Origin: a virus
Length of the DNA: 64,000 nucleotides
Virus record (IMG/VR): IMGVR_UViG_3300046692_000383
Span: 1-64,000 of that record
Strand: one strand, 5' to 3'
In this document: one piece after another, positions 8,739-17,698 of the stretch
Position numbering within the stretch: position 1 is the stretch's first letter
Layout: each line of letters opens with the position of its first letter
Position numbers and translations under genes: made by a program
The notes under the pieces: generated by a model
The model's input: the letters and a program-made list of their open reading frames with translations, nothing else
The model's database searches: none
Told to the model about the DNA's origin: nothing

Positions 8739-9236
8739 ATGTCCCAAGTTCAAGCGCCTACCGCTTCCCTGAAGCCGACCAAAGAAATCGTCCTGGTCAA
8801 CGATAAAGAAGTAGCTTTCCCTGGTCAAGGCACCGCTGCTCGCTACGTCTGGGACTTGGCTCAATACGCCGTCGCCAATGGCCAATCGTCCAGCGACGTG
8901 ATCGACACCGTTATCAAGAACACCAGCATGTCGCGCGCCTCGGCCAACAGCCAGCTGACCTACTGGCGCAAAGCGACCGGCCTGGAATTGTCCCGCCGCG
9001 TCGACACCAGCAAAGCAGAAGCCAAAGCTGCTTCCAAGCTGGAACGCGAGAACAAGCGTGCTGAAAAACTGGCTGCCAATGCCGGCAAGCGTGCTGAAAA
9101 CATCGTCAAGCTGCGCGAGTCGATCGCCAAGCAAACCGAAAAACTGGCCCAGCTGGAAGCTGAAGAAGCTGAAGCCAACGCTGCTCCAGTTGATGAAGAC
9201 GTAGACGGTCAGGACGTCAATCACGACGAAGCGTAA
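8739..9236 (+). CDS. hypothetical protein with coiled-coil and acidic C-terminus
   Basis: The ORF-track start at 8682 lies inside the promoter leader. The ATG at 8739 (MSQVQ) has the RBS GGAGATTCACC. A strong terminator follows. Confidence 0.55.
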   Translation: MSQVQAPTASLKPTKEIVLVNDKEVAFPGQGTAARYVWDLAQYAVANGQSSSDVIDTVIKNTSMSRASANSQLTYWRKATGLELSRRVDTSKAEAKAASKLERENKRAEKLAANAGKRAENIVKLRESIAKQTEKLAQLEAEEAEANAAPVDEDVDGQDVNHDEA

Positions 9237-9254
9237 GCGACGTCAACCTGCCAA

Positions 9255-9279
9255 ATAGGACCTTCGGGTCCTATTTTTT
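9255..9279. terminator. intrinsic terminator TAGGACC-ttcg-GGTCCTA + T6
   Basis: Perfect 7-bp stem, tetraloop and T-tract. Same GGACC…GGTCC family as the terminators at 30425 and 35034. Confidence 0.6.
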
Positions 9280-9315
9280 ATTACCTTTTTCCAAGCCCTT
9301 ATAGCTAAATGGTAT

Positions 9316-9345
9316 TATACACAGCTAGCAACAAAGCGTTATAAT
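9316..9345 (+). promoter_or_regulatory. sigma70-like promoter TATACA-N18-TATAAT
   Basis: Hexamers read directly upstream of the 9372 gene. The spacer begins CAGCTAGC like other class-A copies. Confidence 0.4.
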
Positions 9346-9371
9346 ATTTCCTCAATAGTAAAGGAACAAAC

Positions 9372-9890
9372 ATGTCACAACTCAACTTTGATAAATGCGT
9401 CAAAGACGCAGGCTTATTTTTGCAAAAATTTGGTACTATTGCCAACCCTCTCGACGACAAGGAGATGGCAAAACTACGTATCGACCGTCAGAAAGAAGAA
9501 CTCAAGGAACTTTCTGATTCCAAACTCCTAGACGAAGCGGCTGATGCCATTATTGATATTTGCTACATCGCTGCGGGTACTGTTCACTTGCTTGGTGATA
9601 GAGCTATTGAGTCGGAACGGCTTGGGGTTAATGTTTACCTCATAAAGTCGCAGCTCAACGGCCTTTTCAATCGAGTTACACACATGGGCCGTGAGCTTCC
9701 ACTTCAGGAGTTGTGGAATGAAGTTCATACAGCAAACATGAAGAAGGAGCGCGGCACAGCTGAAAACAGTAAGCATGGCAGCGCTTTTGACATCATCAAG
9801 CCAGCTGGCTGGAAAGCGCCGGACATTGCAGCAATCTTGCGTAAGCACAAGATTGACCCTCAGCAAGACCCTCGGAAGTTTCTCAAATGA
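9372..9890 (+). CDS. putative all-alpha NTP pyrophosphohydrolase (MazG/HisE-like), tentative
   Basis: EELKELSDSKLLDEAADAIIDICY resembles the EExxE…DxxD metal-binding helices of MazG-type enzymes. Call is by motif only. Confidence 0.35.
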   Translation: MSQLNFDKCVKDAGLFLQKFGTIANPLDDKEMAKLRIDRQKEELKELSDSKLLDEAADAIIDICYIAAGTVHLLGDRAIESERLGVNVYLIKSQLNGLFNRVTHMGRELPLQELWNEVHTANMKKERGTAENSKHGSAFDIIKPAGWKAPDIAAILRKHKIDPQQDPRKFLK

Positions 9891-10060
9891 TTGGCCATAA
9901 CCGCGATGATGGCAAGCAAGTACTCACCTGTGTGGGTGGACCTTTCAATGGTAAGTGGATTCTCACTAACTTGCAAGGCTTTTCCCTCCGCATCTCTCTC
10001 AACGGCCAAACTGGCCGTTACACCAGAATTGAACAAAGCCTGTCCTGGAGCGTTGAATAA
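9887..10060 (+). CDS. small hypothetical protein (57 aa)
   Basis: The frame MIGHNRDDGKQVLTCVGGPFNGKW… has ATGA overlap with the upstream stop and a TAATG junction with the thyA-like start. Preferred over the ORF-track 9891-10076 frame for these coupling signals. Confidence 0.4.
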   Translation: MIGHNRDDGKQVLTCVGGPFNGKWILTNLQGFSLRISLNGQTGRYTRIEQSLSWSVE

Positions 10061-10890
10061 TGCAAAGTTTGTTTGAGCGTCAATATCTTCATTTGCTTAG
10101 CACTGCTCTTGATAAAGGTGTCGAATGCAGTGATCGTACAGGCACCGGTACTCGTGCACTTTTTGGCCAGTCGGTCAAGCATGACTGGGCAGATGGTTTT
10201 CCAGTAATCACCCACAGAACGCTGAATCCACGCAGCGCTTTCGGGGAGATGGCCTGCTTTATCAAGGGTCTGACTGATATTGCAGATTTTGAAGCTCATG
10301 GCTGCAACTGGTGGCGTGCCAACCTCGAAGACTGGAATAAGCGCAATAACAAGCCAGATAATACCGACCTCGGTCCAATCTACGGCAGTAAATGGCGAGA
10401 CTTCCACGGCACCGACCAGCTCAAAGTTTTGCTCAATGAAGCACGTCGGAATCCGACTTCTCGTCGACTACTGGCTACAGCTTGGGACCCAAGTGACCAG
10501 GCCGAAGCTGTTCTTCCGCCATGCCACTATAGTTTCCAAATCTTCATTGATACCGAAACCAAGTCGCTGGATCTACTGTTCACCATGCGGTCTGTCGATA
10601 TTGTACTCGGTATGCCTGCAGACTTCGCAGCCTACGGCTTTCTCCAGTTGGCAGTCTGCCGCGAGCTGGGCCTCGAGCCTCGGGCGCTAATCGGCCATTT
10701 TGCGGACACGCATGTCTACCTAAACCACCTAGACGGTGCCAAGCAAATCCTGGAAACTCAAGTTGACCGAGCTCTTCCACAGTGGGGCTGGAGCCGGAAT
10801 ACTTCAGACATCTTCAATCTCCACCCTGACGACTTGATTATTAGCAAGTTTGAGCAGGGTCCGTCAATCCGTTTCAAAATGGCGGTGTAA
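10060..10890 (+). CDS. thyA: thymidylate synthase family enzyme (ThyA-like; Asn at the dUMP-specificity position)
   Basis: DRTGTGT, LPPCHYSFQ (catalytic Cys), RSVDIVLGMPADFAAY, ADTHVYLNH. The Asn in D-x-H-x-Y-x-N indicates a dUMP rather than dCMP substrate. TS versus dUMP hydroxymethylase cannot be distinguished by eye. Confidence 0.8.
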   Translation: MQSLFERQYLHLLSTALDKGVECSDRTGTGTRALFGQSVKHDWADGFPVITHRTLNPRSAFGEMACFIKGLTDIADFEAHGCNWWRANLEDWNKRNNKPDNTDLGPIYGSKWRDFHGTDQLKVLLNEARRNPTSRRLLATAWDPSDQAEAVLPPCHYSFQIFIDTETKSLDLLFTMRSVDIVLGMPADFAAYGFLQLAVCRELGLEPRALIGHFADTHVYLNHLDGAKQILETQVDRALPQWGWSRNTSDIFNLHPDDLIISKFEQGPSIRFKMAV

Positions 10891-10891
10891 C

Positions 10892-11101
10892 ATGGCCACA
10901 GACAAACTTGCAAAGTGGTTGCTCCTAGCCCTAGTCTATGCTGCTGCCACTGCTTTCGTTCGCTGGGCTGCTCCAGCACTGCTCGATAAACCTGACTGGT
11001 GGGCTATTTTCGCTGGTACGGTACTGCTCATCATGTGGGTGGTCGTTACACTGTTGGCTGTAAATTATCTCCTCAACCGTTCTACTAAGGAAGTAAAATG
11101 A
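10892..11101 (+). CDS. small two-TM membrane protein (possible NfeD-like partner of the SPFH protein)
   Basis: ATG at 10892 just after the thyA stop. Two hydrophobic helices (LLLALVYAAATAFV, IFAGTVLLIMWVVVTLLAV). ATGA overlap with the SPFH gene. Confidence 0.45.
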   Translation: MATDKLAKWLLLALVYAAATAFVRWAAPALLDKPDWWAIFAGTVLLIMWVVVTLLAVNYLLNRSTKEVK

Positions 11102-11931
11102 AAACTATTTACGCGATTATCGCGATTGTACTGGCCCTCGCCATCGGTGCATTCTCGAGCTGCTCAAAGGTTCCAAGCGGTTATACTGGTGTTATCGTAA
11201 ACACTATGGGCAGTGGTAAAGGTGTTGACCCGGCAGAAACTGGTGTTGGCTACAAGTGGCTGACCCCGAGTGAGGAACTATATAAGTTCCCGACATTCAA
11301 CCAGAATGTGGATATTGGTATCGTTGCTTTCCAGGACAAAGACGGTATGAAAATCAGTACACCGATCGGCATGACACTACGCGCCAAACCTGGCTCGGCT
11401 CCGCTGTTGTTCCAGACTTACCGCAAGTCAATGGACGAGATTTTACAGGTTAACGTTCCTCAGGTCATTCGTACTGCCTTCAACAATACTGCCTCGAAAC
11501 TGACTGCTGAAGAAATTTATGGTCCGAATAAGGAAGCATTTCTTGCTGATGTCGAAGGCCGAGTACGGGACCACTTTGCTGAGCGTGGTCTGGTCATCGA
11601 AAGCCTCTACCTCAACGGCGAGATTGGTCTGCCAGAAAAGGTAGTGACTGCTTTGAATGCCAAGATCGAAGCCACACAAAAGACTGCTCAGCGCGTCAAT
11701 GAAGTAGCGCAAGTAATTGCTGAAGCCGACAAAGCTCGTGAGCAAGCCAAGGGCGAAAAAGATGCAGCCATCTCCCGTGCAGAAGGCGAGGCACAATCCA
11801 TCACTATCCGTGGTAAGGCTTTGCGCGACAACCCAGGCGTTGTTGAGCTGAACGCGATCGAAAAGTGGGATGGTAAGCTGCCAACCTACATGGGCGCAGG
11901 CCCAGTGCCGTTCCTTAACGTAGTTAAGTAA
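11098..11931 (+). CDS. SPFH/band-7 (prohibitin/HflC-like) membrane protein
   Basis: N-terminal TM, SPFH-like core, C-terminal AISRAEGEAQSITIRGKALRDNPGVVELNAIEKW typical of HflK/C and prohibitin. Confidence 0.65.
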   Translation: MKTIYAIIAIVLALAIGAFSSCSKVPSGYTGVIVNTMGSGKGVDPAETGVGYKWLTPSEELYKFPTFNQNVDIGIVAFQDKDGMKISTPIGMTLRAKPGSAPLLFQTYRKSMDEILQVNVPQVIRTAFNNTASKLTAEEIYGPNKEAFLADVEGRVRDHFAERGLVIESLYLNGEIGLPEKVVTALNAKIEATQKTAQRVNEVAQVIAEADKAREQAKGEKDAAISRAEGEAQSITIRGKALRDNPGVVELNAIEKWDGKLPTYMGAGPVPFLNVVK

Positions 11932-12003
11932 AGCTGTACACTGCTTGATACTTGCGGCATAATGCGAGTATCAAGCACTCTTAAAGAAACTGTTGGAGGT
12001 GGC

Positions 12004-12951
12004 ATGAGTACTGTTGACTTAAAGGGCATGTTGGAGATGGTCAGGCCAATCACTAAAGGCGAAGGCGGCTTGGCCGCGCTAGTCTTCTCGACCAAGGGTC
12101 GTCTTTACTCGTTCTTCCGAAATGTAATGCTCAGTTGCCCGACTCCTGAAGGCTTCCCTGAGTTTTGTGTAAATGGTGACATGCTCGTCAAAGCAGCAAC
12201 CAAGACTTCCAAACTTTCGGTCTCCGAGACTCGACTTACACTGGTCTCTGGCAAAGTTCGTACTTGGTTGCCTTTGGACACGGAATCGATGCTGCCAGAA
12301 CCAGTTCCAGGGGCTGAGTTTGTCCAAGTGCCGGGCGGACTCATTAAGATGCTAGTCGACTTGGCTAAGCTGGTACCAGAAGAGGCACCTCAAATCTGGG
12401 CCACTTCTCTGCTTCTGAAGGGGGCATATGCGTATGCGACTAACGGCGCATATATTGTCCGGCAGAAGCTAGACATTCAACTACCGTTTACTGCTGCTTT
12501 CCCGAAGGCGCTAGTCACGGTCTTGGCCAAGCTCAAGAAACCGCTCGGCACGATGTCATTTGACGGCCATCAAATCTACATTACATTTACTGACGGCAGC
12601 AGACTTTCCTCGCCAGTTTATGGCTCGGAATGGCCTGACGTTAGTAGCTTCTTTGAAGCCCTCGACATGGAGCCAGTTCACCCAGAGTTGATAGAGTTCT
12701 TGCAGCAGGTAAAGCCATTTACCGAGGATGATCCGAAGGTCATTTTTGAAAAGCCAAATACTGCGTCCTTTTGGGCAGGTGAGACTATGGCAGAAGCCAA
12801 GTTCGACAGTGAGTGGATCAAGAGTGACTTTGCAACGTCGCTGAAGTACCTCTCAGCTTTTGTGGATAGGTCTGCAGAAATAGCTTTCACTAAGCGGTAC
12901 GCTATGATAAAATATCCGTCCCGTACTGTTATTCTCGCAGCCAAGGGCTAA
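12004..12951 (+). CDS. putative DNA polymerase sliding clamp (beta-clamp-like), tentative
   Basis: 316 aa immediately upstream of the polA-like gene, ending one nt before its ATG. DnaN-like N-terminal pattern. Strong RBS GGAGGTG before ATG 12004 (ORF-track start 11962 has none). Confidence 0.35.
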   Translation: MSTVDLKGMLEMVRPITKGEGGLAALVFSTKGRLYSFFRNVMLSCPTPEGFPEFCVNGDMLVKAATKTSKLSVSETRLTLVSGKVRTWLPLDTESMLPEPVPGAEFVQVPGGLIKMLVDLAKLVPEEAPQIWATSLLLKGAYAYATNGAYIVRQKLDIQLPFTAAFPKALVTVLAKLKKPLGTMSFDGHQIYITFTDGSRLSSPVYGSEWPDVSSFFEALDMEPVHPELIEFLQQVKPFTEDDPKVIFEKPNTASFWAGETMAEAKFDSEWIKSDFATSLKYLSAFVDRSAEIAFTKRYAMIKYPSRTVILAAKG

Positions 12952-14949
12952 TTGATGTCAAATCTTTTCTGGCTTCCAGAAGCCAAAATGGTCAAGCCCG
13001 TTCGTCGGCCAATTCCGCCTATTCCAGACACAGGCTGGAAAGCTCCGACCTACCTGCCAGACTTAAGTGGCGCGAAAGCAATTGCATTCGACCTTGAAAC
13101 TTGGGACCCTGAATTGCTAGAGGCCGGCCCTGGTTGGGCGCGTGGCAAGGGTCATATCATCGGCATCTCAGTCGCTACTGACTGCGGGTATAAAGGTTAC
13201 TTTCCAATCCGCCATGAAATGGGCGGAAACATGGACCCAGCAATGGTACTGCGCTGGGCACAGGAGCAGCTGAGCCGCCCACACCAGGTGAAGATCGGCG
13301 CCAACTTGACATATGACGTTGGTTGGCTTCAGCAGGAGGGAGTATTTGTCAAGGGTCCGCTTTACGATGTACAGTTTGCAGAAGCCTTGATTGATGAAGG
13401 TGCTCAGCAGAGTCTAGAAGTACTCGGCCAAAAATATCTTGGGATGGGTAAAGAATCTAACTTGATGTATCGCTGGTTGGCTGACGCGTACGGCGGTAAA
13501 GAAAACGGCACCCAGCGGGCCAATATGTACCGTTGCCCGGTAGAGCTAGCCGGCCCTTACGCTGAGAGTGACTCCTACCTTCCGCTTGATATTATCAAAA
13601 AGCAGTGGGCTGTTCTTCAAAGCGAAGGCTTGATGGACGTCTTCTTGATGGAGTGCCGACTGATCCCGCTGATTATCGCGATGCGGTTCAATGGTGTCAG
13701 AGTTGACCTTGATAAGGCCAACACTCTGCGAGACAGGCTCGACGAGCAGGCAGCAATCAAAATCGAAGAGCTGCGGGCTCAATGCGGTTTCCGTGTAAAT
13801 GTCAACTCTGGCCCAGACTTGGCCAAGGCTTTCGACAAGTTTGGTATCGAGTACCCAACAACAGAAGCGGGTAACCCTTCATTTGCAGCTGAGTTCCTAA
13901 CGGGCTGCAACCATCCGATGGCGAAGCACATCACGGAGACCAAAGAGCTACTCAAGCTGAAGTCAACATTTGTTGAGGGCTACATTCTCAACAAGAATGT
14001 CAACGGCCGAATCCATGGGACGTTCCGTCAGCTAAAGTCAGAAGGCGGTGGCACAGTAAGCGGTCGCTTCAGCAGCTCCGACCCAAACCTCCAGAATATT
14101 CCGATCCGTACCAAGGAAGGCGCACTGATCCGTGAATGCTTTGTCGGAGAAGTCGGCCAGACCTGGAAATCGCTTGACTTGTCGTCAATTGAGTACCGAA
14201 TCCTGGCGCACTACGCTGTGGGTGTCGGAGCAGATGATGTTCGAAAGGCTTTCCATGCGGATCCATTCCTCGACTATCACCAACTTGTTTGTGACATGAT
14301 TAACGAACTGACTGGCGTAGGTATTTCACGTAAGTCAACCAAGACGATCAACTTCGGTTTGCTGTACGGAATGGGTCTCGACAAGTTGGCTATTAGCCTG
14401 GGCCTGCCAACAGCTCAAGCTAGCAACTTGATCGACAACTACTTTGAAGCATCGCCATACACGAAAACTACATTGGAGCACTACTCAGCAGAGGCTGGCC
14501 GAAATGGTTTTGTCAGAACCTTTATGGGCCGTAAAGCTCGATTCGACCATTTTGTTCCAGACCGCAGAGGTGGTCGAAACATGCAGCCACTTCCTTACGA
14601 TCAAGCGGTAGCTGTATATGGTAATAGACTACAACGAGTAGGGTTGCATAAAGCTGTAAACAGGGTTTTGCAGGGCACTGCAGCTGATGCCTTAAAAGCA
14701 GCTATGCTGAAGTACTGGGATGCTGGACTTTTCGATGTAATGCCAATGCTACTGACTTGTCATGACGAAAATGGGTTCAGCTACGATGGCTCAAAACTCC
14801 ATCAAGAGGCCTTGTTGGAAGCCCGTCATCAGCTAGAAAACCCATTTCCAGGTTTGAAGGTACCTTTAATCAGCTCATGTGACAGTGGCCCATCATGGGG
14901 TGATGTGACAGAGCTACCATACGACAACATCCTAGGTATGGCAGCATAA
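12952..14949 (+). CDS. family A DNA polymerase with 3'-5' exonuclease domain
   Basis: Exo I AFDLETWD, motif A RFSSSDPNLQNIPIR, motif B KSTKTINFGLLYGMG, motif C LLTCHDENGF. Confidence 0.85.
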   Translation: MMSNLFWLPEAKMVKPVRRPIPPIPDTGWKAPTYLPDLSGAKAIAFDLETWDPELLEAGPGWARGKGHIIGISVATDCGYKGYFPIRHEMGGNMDPAMVLRWAQEQLSRPHQVKIGANLTYDVGWLQQEGVFVKGPLYDVQFAEALIDEGAQQSLEVLGQKYLGMGKESNLMYRWLADAYGGKENGTQRANMYRCPVELAGPYAESDSYLPLDIIKKQWAVLQSEGLMDVFLMECRLIPLIIAMRFNGVRVDLDKANTLRDRLDEQAAIKIEELRAQCGFRVNVNSGPDLAKAFDKFGIEYPTTEAGNPSFAAEFLTGCNHPMAKHITETKELLKLKSTFVEGYILNKNVNGRIHGTFRQLKSEGGGTVSGRFSSSDPNLQNIPIRTKEGALIRECFVGEVGQTWKSLDLSSIEYRILAHYAVGVGADDVRKAFHADPFLDYHQLVCDMINELTGVGISRKSTKTINFGLLYGMGLDKLAISLGLPTAQASNLIDNYFEASPYTKTTLEHYSAEAGRNGFVRTFMGRKARFDHFVPDRRGGRNMQPLPYDQAVAVYGNRLQRVGLHKAVNRVLQGTAADALKAAMLKYWDAGLFDVMPMLLTCHDENGFSYDGSKLHQEALLEARHQLENPFPGLKVPLISSCDSGPSWGDVTELPYDNILGMAA

Positions 14950-14955
14950 TGAATA

Positions 14956-14978
14956 AAGGCCCAATTAAGGGCCTTTTG
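14956..14978. terminator. bidirectional terminator AAAGGCCC-AATTAA-GGGCCTTTT
   Basis: Perfect hairpin between convergent genes (polA end 14949, minus gene end 14991). Member of the TTAATT-loop family. Confidence 0.6.
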
Positions 14979-14990
14979 TTTAGCTGAAGA

Positions 14991-15233
14991 TTAAACCAGT
15001 TTGTAGCCGCCTTTAGTGAAGAGGAATTCGATGTTGCCGAACATCGACATACCGCCAGTCAGAGGCATCAAAACGTTTTCAGCAGTCACAACTTCAACAA
15101 CCGACCATTTGAAGTAGGATTTAGTTACTTCTTTGACTTCAACAATCACTACTTGTTTTTCGACCAGACCGTCTTTGCGAGTAGCTTTAGCAGTGATTTC
15201 AATTTTAGTGCCGACTTTGATGGAAGTTTTCAT
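14991..15233 (-). CDS. hypothetical small protein (80 aa)
   Basis: Minus-strand ORF with its own class-A promoter, whose leader is nearly identical to that of the 60780 gene, and a shared terminator. Confidence 0.5.
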   Translation of the reverse strand: MKTSIKVGTKIEITAKATRKDGLVEKQVVIVEVKEVTKSYFKWSVVEVVTAENVLMPLTGGMSMFGNIEFLFTKGGYKLV

Positions 15234-15275
15234 TTTGTATTCCTTTCAATTAGTTGTTTGCTTGTTGATGTGTCT

Positions 15276-15304
15276 ATTATAAGGTAATTGACAGCAGCTG
15301 TACA
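15276..15304 (-). promoter_or_regulatory. class-A promoter (minus strand) TGTACA-N17-TATAAT with leader AGACACATCAACAAGCAAACAACTAATTGAAAGGAATACAAAATG
   Basis: Reverse complement of 15234-15304 read directly. Confidence 0.5.
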
Positions 15305-15442
15305 CCACTTTTTGAAAAATGATTGAAAATAAAAGCTATAACCCCTAAGTTCTTTAGAGCTAAAACGATATTATACAAGCCTAGACTCTGCAGGCATAAT
15401 AGACCTACAAACCAAGCAACATAACCCACGAAGAGTATCAAG

Positions 15443-15895
15443 ATGACGGACGTAAACGTTGAAATCGCAGTCGAGCAAGCTGTCACTGCAGTAGTAATTG
15501 CTGCTCCAAAAGTCCAAGTCGTCTGCTGTGTTTTCAGCGAGTTGGCTGACGCCAAAGAGTTTTATTACTTCGCTCCGATGGAAGCCAAAGCCGGTCAGTA
15601 CGCTGCTGTCTATGACCAGAACAACCGCGGCGGCGAGTTCCCGTTCAAGATTGTTCGGATCATTCGCGACAATGTGATCGACGTTCAGAATCGTGCCAAC
15701 AAATCTGTTTGGGGCTCATTCGACGAAACCTTCGCCAAACAGGTTCAAGAGCGTACTGAGCGCATGGCTCGAGTTCGCGGCCAGCTGGACCAGAAGAAGA
15801 AAGCGTTTCAAGAGCAAGAAATGTTCCGCATGATGGCCACTACTGATCCAGAAGTTGCTGCTCTGCTGGAAGAGCTGAATGGCTTCGGCTGCTAG
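15443..15895 (+). CDS. hypothetical protein
   Basis: 150-aa ORF with an upstream CATAAT at 15395-15400 and a weaker -35. Confidence 0.55.
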   Translation: MTDVNVEIAVEQAVTAVVIAAPKVQVVCCVFSELADAKEFYYFAPMEAKAGQYAAVYDQNNRGGEFPFKIVRIIRDNVIDVQNRANKSVWGSFDETFAKQVQERTERMARVRGQLDQKKKAFQEQEMFRMMATTDPEVAALLEELNGFGC

Positions 15896-15958
15896 TCTCC
15901 CACACTGTGCTACAGCGCCTTAGTTGGCGCTGTTTCTCGTTCTGCCAAGGAGTAACGC

Positions 15959-16825
15959 GTGAGTTTTGATCTGTTTAAAGAAGAGCTGGAAATTCCAGTA
16001 GGCCTTAAGCCAAACCTCGCTGGCAAGTTTGATGAAGCAAAGCAGAAGTTTCCGTGCTACGCAAGCCCCAAGATCGATGGTTTCCGCGGGCTTGGAACGC
16101 GGGTCGGCTTGCTATCCAGAACACTTAAGTTGCTACCGAACCGCTTCACCCAGGAGCGCTTCAAGAACTGTAACGGGTTAGACGCTGAAATTGTTTGCGG
16201 CGAACCATTTGCACAAAACTGTATGCAAGTGACAAGCTCCGCAGTAACAACAAAAGCTGGCCAGCCAGACACCAAGATGTATGTCTTTGACCGCTGGGAC
16301 ATGCCAGGAGTTCCGTACAAAGAGCGTCTCGAAAGCCTTTACTTGATGGTTCTGCCTACTCACGTTATTCGCATGCAGCAGACTTGGATCGAAAACCAAG
16401 AGCAGCTTGACGAGTACGAAAGAGAACAGCTGCTCTTAGGCTACGAGGGTGTAATGACTCGTGACCCAGAAGGCCTTTACAAAAATGGGCGGTCGACCAC
16501 TAACGAAGGCGGCCTTATTAAAGTCAAGCGTTTCGACGACGACGAGGCTGAAATTATTGGCTACACTGAGCTAGTCCATGAAGATGGTACACTGGGCGGA
16601 GTTCTTGGCGCACTAACCTGTGTCACCAAAGAAGGTGTTCCCTTCGGTATCGGAACTGGCTTTAACGCGGATGAGCGCGCAACACTGTGGGCGAGACGAT
16701 CAACTCTCTGCGGCGAGTTTGCCAAGTATAAGCACTTTCAAAAAAGCGGTGTAAAGACAAAGCGGCGTCATGGTGTTTACCTGGGCCTACGCTCTCCGCT
16801 AGACATCCTTAGCGGTGACGAATAA
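15959..16825 (+). CDS. ATP-dependent DNA ligase (small phage-type)
   Basis: Motif I KxDGxR: YASPKIDGFRG. 288 aa. GTG start preceded by AAGGAG. Confidence 0.75.
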   Translation: MSFDLFKEELEIPVGLKPNLAGKFDEAKQKFPCYASPKIDGFRGLGTRVGLLSRTLKLLPNRFTQERFKNCNGLDAEIVCGEPFAQNCMQVTSSAVTTKAGQPDTKMYVFDRWDMPGVPYKERLESLYLMVLPTHVIRMQQTWIENQEQLDEYEREQLLLGYEGVMTRDPEGLYKNGRSTTNEGGLIKVKRFDDDEAEIIGYTELVHEDGTLGGVLGALTCVTKEGVPFGIGTGFNADERATLWARRSTLCGEFAKYKHFQKSGVKTKRRHGVYLGLRSPLDILSGDE

Positions 16826-17241
16826 TGTCATTTACACCAGAGCGACTTGCTGCTTCTGGGAGTGAGCATGGGCATCAAGCTGCTTTGATTTGCTGGTCAA
16901 AGCGGAAATCTCTTTACCACCCAGAAATGCAGCTACTTCACGCAATTCCGAACGGTGGGAGCCGTGACAAAATTACTGCCGGTAAACTCAAGGCAGAAGG
17001 TGTCCTTCCTGGCGTTTTTGACCTTTTTCTTCCAGTATCACGAAAGGGTTTCCATGGTCTCTATATAGAGATGAAGAAGGAGGAAGGCGGCGTCGTCAGC
17101 AAAGAGCAAAAGTGGTGGGGCAAGTCTATGACAGAGCAAGGTTATGCTGCTTATGTCTGCTATGGCTGGATACCAGCCCGCAATTTGATTGCTGATTACC
17201 TCGGAATTGACACCAGTTATCCTCCTGTTCCTAGGCTATAA
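16825..17241 (+). CDS. VRR-NUC domain nuclease
   Basis: HAIPNGG…GVFDLFLP…YIEMK (D…E-x-K) pattern of VRR-NUC/PD-(D/E)XK. ATGA overlap with the ligase. Confidence 0.6.
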   Translation: MSFTPERLAASGSEHGHQAALICWSKRKSLYHPEMQLLHAIPNGGSRDKITAGKLKAEGVLPGVFDLFLPVSRKGFHGLYIEMKKEEGGVVSKEQKWWGKSMTEQGYAAYVCYGWIPARNLIADYLGIDTSYPPVPRL

Positions 17242-17270
17242 CAAACGAGCTTCTTAGAGCTTTTTGATAT

Positions 17271-17299
17271 TTTACGTAGGCGGTTGGTGCGCGCATAAT
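17271..17299 (+). promoter_or_regulatory. class-A-like promoter TTTACG-N17-CATAAT with CA-rich leader
   Basis: Hexamers read directly. Leader CGCATCAATCGCCAATTAGGAATAAACAATG resembles the conserved leader. Confidence 0.4.
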
Positions 17300-17330
17300 A
17301 ATCGCATCAATCGCCAATTAGGAATAAACA

Positions 17331-17690
17331 ATGTCTACTTCTTTCTGTTCGAGCTGCGGTGCTCAAATGGTGGCTGGCAGCGCTTTCTGCGCAGGCTGCG
17401 GTACAAAGAGCGGCGCTGCTGCCCCACAAGTTGCGCCGCAGGTAGTACTCACTACCTCTGGCCATGACTATCGTAGTAAAACAGTAGCTGCTTTGCTTGC
17501 GCTATTCTTTGGCGGTATCGGTGCACACCGTTTTTACACTGGTCAGTATCTGTGGTGTATTCTGTATGTAGTCTTTTGCTGGACTTTTGTGCCGATGGTA
17601 TTGGCTTTCTTTGAAGGCATCTATTTCTTGTGCCGTTCAAAAGAAGGCTTTGATAAAAAGCACAACAAAAACGCTTATCCTGCGAAGTGA
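17331..17690 (+). CDS. zinc-ribbon + TM2-domain membrane protein
   Basis: N-terminal CSSCG…CAGCG zinc ribbon. KTVAALLALFFGGIGAHRFYTGQ matches the TM2 domain signature (GxxGxHRFY). Two TM helices. Confidence 0.6.
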   Translation: MSTSFCSSCGAQMVAGSAFCAGCGTKSGAAAPQVAPQVVLTTSGHDYRSKTVAALLALFFGGIGAHRFYTGQYLWCILYVVFCWTFVPMVLAFFEGIYFLCRSKEGFDKKHNKNAYPAK

Positions 17691-17698
17691 GCACACAG

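Noticed and set aside
9891-10076. ORF-track 61-aa frame MAITAMMASKYS…
   Set aside because: The alternative frame 9887-10060 has ATGA and TAATG coupling to both neighbours and a more protein-like sequence. The two cannot both be real.
9372-10890. Z-genome (2-aminoadenine) pathway
   Set aside because: MazG-like enzymes are present, but there is no PurZ-sized adenylosuccinate-synthetase homolog or HD-domain dATPase in the window.
17264-17467. 67-aa + ORF overlapping the start of the TM2 gene
   Set aside because: It overlaps the promoter and leader and the better-supported TM2 ORF. It has an odd Cys/Arg-rich composition.
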